Shown piece after piece: positions 61,866-64,000 of a stretch of 64,000 nucleotides of DNA. The notes below the pieces were generated by a model, which searched no databases, was not told where the DNA came from, and saw nothing but the letters and a program-made list of their open reading frames with translations. Both the position numbers and the translations under genes were made by a program. This stretch comes from Neoechinorhynchus agilis. Taxonomy: Eukaryota; Animalia; Acanthocephala. Position 1 is the stretch's first letter, and each line of letters starts with the position of its first letter. The DNA lies in NCBI GenBank assembly GCA_051530055.1, contig CM121341.1:7170784-7234783 (forward strand), in the 5' to 3' direction.

Positions 61866-62271
61866 CCGTTATTATTGCCAAAAACAGCTAGTAAAATACA
61901 TTTTAAAAAATAAACACATAATTTTTACAAGTTTAAATTGTTTTTCAAAAAACAGTCCTATCGATAACAAGCCTTGCATAGAGCGAGCAACGCATTGAAA
62001 TGCGTTAATTGGTTTCATTTTAGATATTGATTTTAACTTTTTCTGCATATGTGAATAAAGCAATTGAGATTAACATCGGCAATTCGAATCAGCCGGTAAT
62101 AAATCTTTAAAAAGGTTGAACATCCAGCTTCGACAATCGATTTCTGATGTTGTGCGTTCGAAAACTATTAGCGATTTCCTTCACATAAAGTAAAAAATGA
62201 TCTTTAATTCCACTAAAAGTTTGTTGGAAGGGGGAAGCTGTGAACGGTCTTTCCAGCTTATCCTGTGCAGA

Positions 62272-62359
62272 TGTTCCCGCCGGGAATCGAACCCGGATCT
62301 CGATGTAAATGCGCTTTTCCGCGTAAATAACTCCGTGCTTTCCTCTTAGCTACCGGAAC
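62272..62359 (-). pseudogene. tRNA-like gene, copy 4 (damaged)
   Basis: Substitution in the 3' acceptor strand (plus-strand gttcccg) and a 1-nt insertion in the anticodon stem. Confidence 0.55.
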
Positions 62360-62756
62360 CCGTTATTATTGCCAAAAACAGCTATGTAAATACATTTAAA
62401 AACTAAACACATAATTTTTACAAGTTTAAATTGTTTTTCAAAAAACAGTCCTATCGATAACAAGCCTGCATAGAGCGAGCAACGCATTGAAATGTTATTG
62501 GTTTCATTTTAAATATTGATTTTAACTTTTTCTGCATATGTGAATAAAGCAATTCGTTAACATCGGCAATTCGAATCAGCCGGTAATAAATCTTTAAAGG
62601 TTGAACATCCAGCTTCGACAATCGATTTTTGATGTTGTGCGTTCGAAAACTATTAGCGATTTCCTTCACATAAAGTAAAAAATGATCTTTAATTCCACTA
62701 AAAGTTTGTTGGAAGGGGGAAGCTGTGAACGGTCTTTCCTGCTTATCCTGTGCAGA

Positions 62757-62843
62757 TGTTCCGGCCGGGAATCGAACCCGGATCTCGATGTAAATGCGCT
62801 TTTCCGCGTAAATACTCCGTGCTTTCCTCTTAGCTACCGGAAC
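62757..62843 (-). tRNA. tRNA-like gene, copy 5 (identical body)
   Basis: Same 87-nt sequence as copy 1. Confidence 0.6.
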
Positions 62844-63243
62844 CCGTTATTATTGCCAAAAACAGCTATGTAAATACATTTAAAAACTAAACACATAATT
62901 TTTACAAGTTTAAATTGTTTTCAAAAAACAGTCCTATCGATAACAAGCCTGCATAGAGCGAGCAACGCATTGAAATGTTATTGGTTTCATTTTAAATATT
63001 GATTTTAACTTTTTCTGCATATGTGAATAAAGCAATTGCGATTAACATCGGCAATTCGAATCAGCCGGTAATAAATCTTTAAAAAGGTTGAACATCCAGC
63101 TTCGACAATCGATTTTTGATGTTGTGCGTTCGAAAACTATTAGCGATTTCCTTCCCATAAAGTAAAAAATGATCTTTAATTCCACTAAAAGTTTGTTGGA
63201 AGGGGGAAGCTGTGAACGGTCTTTCCTGCTTATCCTGTGCGGA

Positions 63244-63330
63244 TGTTCCGGCCGGGAATCGAACCCGGATCTCGATGTAAATGCGCTTTTCCGCGTAAAT
63301 ACTCCGTGCTTTCCTCTTAGCTACCGGAAC
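63244..63330 (-). tRNA. tRNA-like gene, copy 6 (identical body)
   Basis: Same 87-nt sequence as copy 1. Confidence 0.6.
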
Positions 63331-63730
63331 CCGTTATTATTGCCAAAAACAGCTATGTAAATACATTTAAAAACTAAACACATAATTTTTACTAGTTTAA
63401 ATTGTTTTTCAAAAAACAGTCCTATCGATAACAAGCCTGCATAGAGCGAGCAACACATTGAAATGTTATTGGTTTCATTTTAAATATTGATTTTAACTTT
63501 TTCTGCATATGTGAATAAAGCAATTGCGATTAACATCGGCAATTCGAATCAGCTCGCAATAAATCTTTAAAAAGGTTGAACATCCAGCTTCACAATCGAT
63601 TTCTGATGTTGTGCGTTCGAAAACTATTAGCGATTTCCTTCACATAAAGTAAAAAATGATCTTTAATTCCACTAAAAGTTTGTTGGAAGGGGGAAGCTGT
63701 GAACGGTCTTTCCTGCTTATCCTGTGCAGA

Positions 63731-63810
63731 TGTTCCGGCCGAACCCGGATCTCGATGTAAATGCGCTTTTCCGCGTAAATACTCCGTGCTTTCCTCTTAG
63801 CTACCGGAAC
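63731..63810 (-). pseudogene. tRNA-like gene, copy 7 (7-nt deletion in the T arm/B box)
   Basis: Plus-strand ccggccgaacc instead of ccggccgggaatcgaacc. Confidence 0.55.
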
Positions 63811-63847
63811 CCGTTATTATTGCCAAAAACAGCTAACCTTCCATCGT

Positions 63848-64000
63848 AATCGCAATTGCTTTATTCACATATGCAGAAAAAGTTAAAATCAATATTTAAA
63901 ATGAAACCAATAACATTTCAATGCGTTGCTCGCTCTATGCAGGCTTGTTATCGATAGGACTGTTTTTTGAAAAACAATTTAAACTAGTAAAAATTATGTG
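63848..64000 (-). repeat. Inverted copy of the 487-bp unit (the array switches orientation)
   Basis: Reverse complement of ~63378-63531, including the ACTAGT variant seen only at ~63391. Confidence 0.9.

Larger units (their letters stand above)
60515..63835. repeat. Tandem array of ~487-bp units (7 units), each carrying a tRNA-like gene
   Basis: Equivalent positions at 60730, 61216, 61704, ~62197, 62682, 63169 and ~63656; units differ by SNPs and indels. Confidence 0.97.

Noticed and set aside
60730-63360. Repeated 63-aa ORFs MIFNSTKS...
   Set aside because: Antisense to the tRNA-like gene inside the 487-bp unit; disrupted in some units; no protein features.

Overview
AT-rich eukaryotic DNA from an animal with a compact genome. 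Brat-type NHL, FoxG and group II PAK genes point to an invertebrate; the species cannot be determined. About 20 protein-coding genes are supportable. Many are intronless, and the rest have tiny canonical GT-AG introns of 40-51 nt that I reconstructed by hand. Genes: furin/kexin-like convertase (runs off the left edge), ankyrin-SOCS box protein, RBM12, FoxG, EBP2, a CK1 kinase interrupted by a hairpin insertion, POP7/Rpp20, an aldo-keto reductase, group II PAK, NIPP1, RSPH9, UFM1, two copies of a brat-like gene in a 2.76-kb inverted duplication, an SLC46-like MFS transporter and two small HSP ORFs, plus several orphan ORFs. Between genes lie fragments of two non-LTR retrotransposon types (L2/CR1-like RT; CRE-like restriction-endonuclease C-terminus), several unrelated foldback/MITE-like elements, a dispersed ~72-bp mini-element with a covarying hairpin, and six local tandem arrays with long units (~149, ~188, ~250-330, ~373, ~391, ~487 bp). 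The most unusual item is the terminal 487-bp array: each unit carries a tRNA-shaped Pol III gene with an elongated anticodon arm and ambiguous identity, and the array flips orientation at ~63.84 kb. There are no prokaryotic or CRISPR features. All family assignments come from motif recognition, not database searches.
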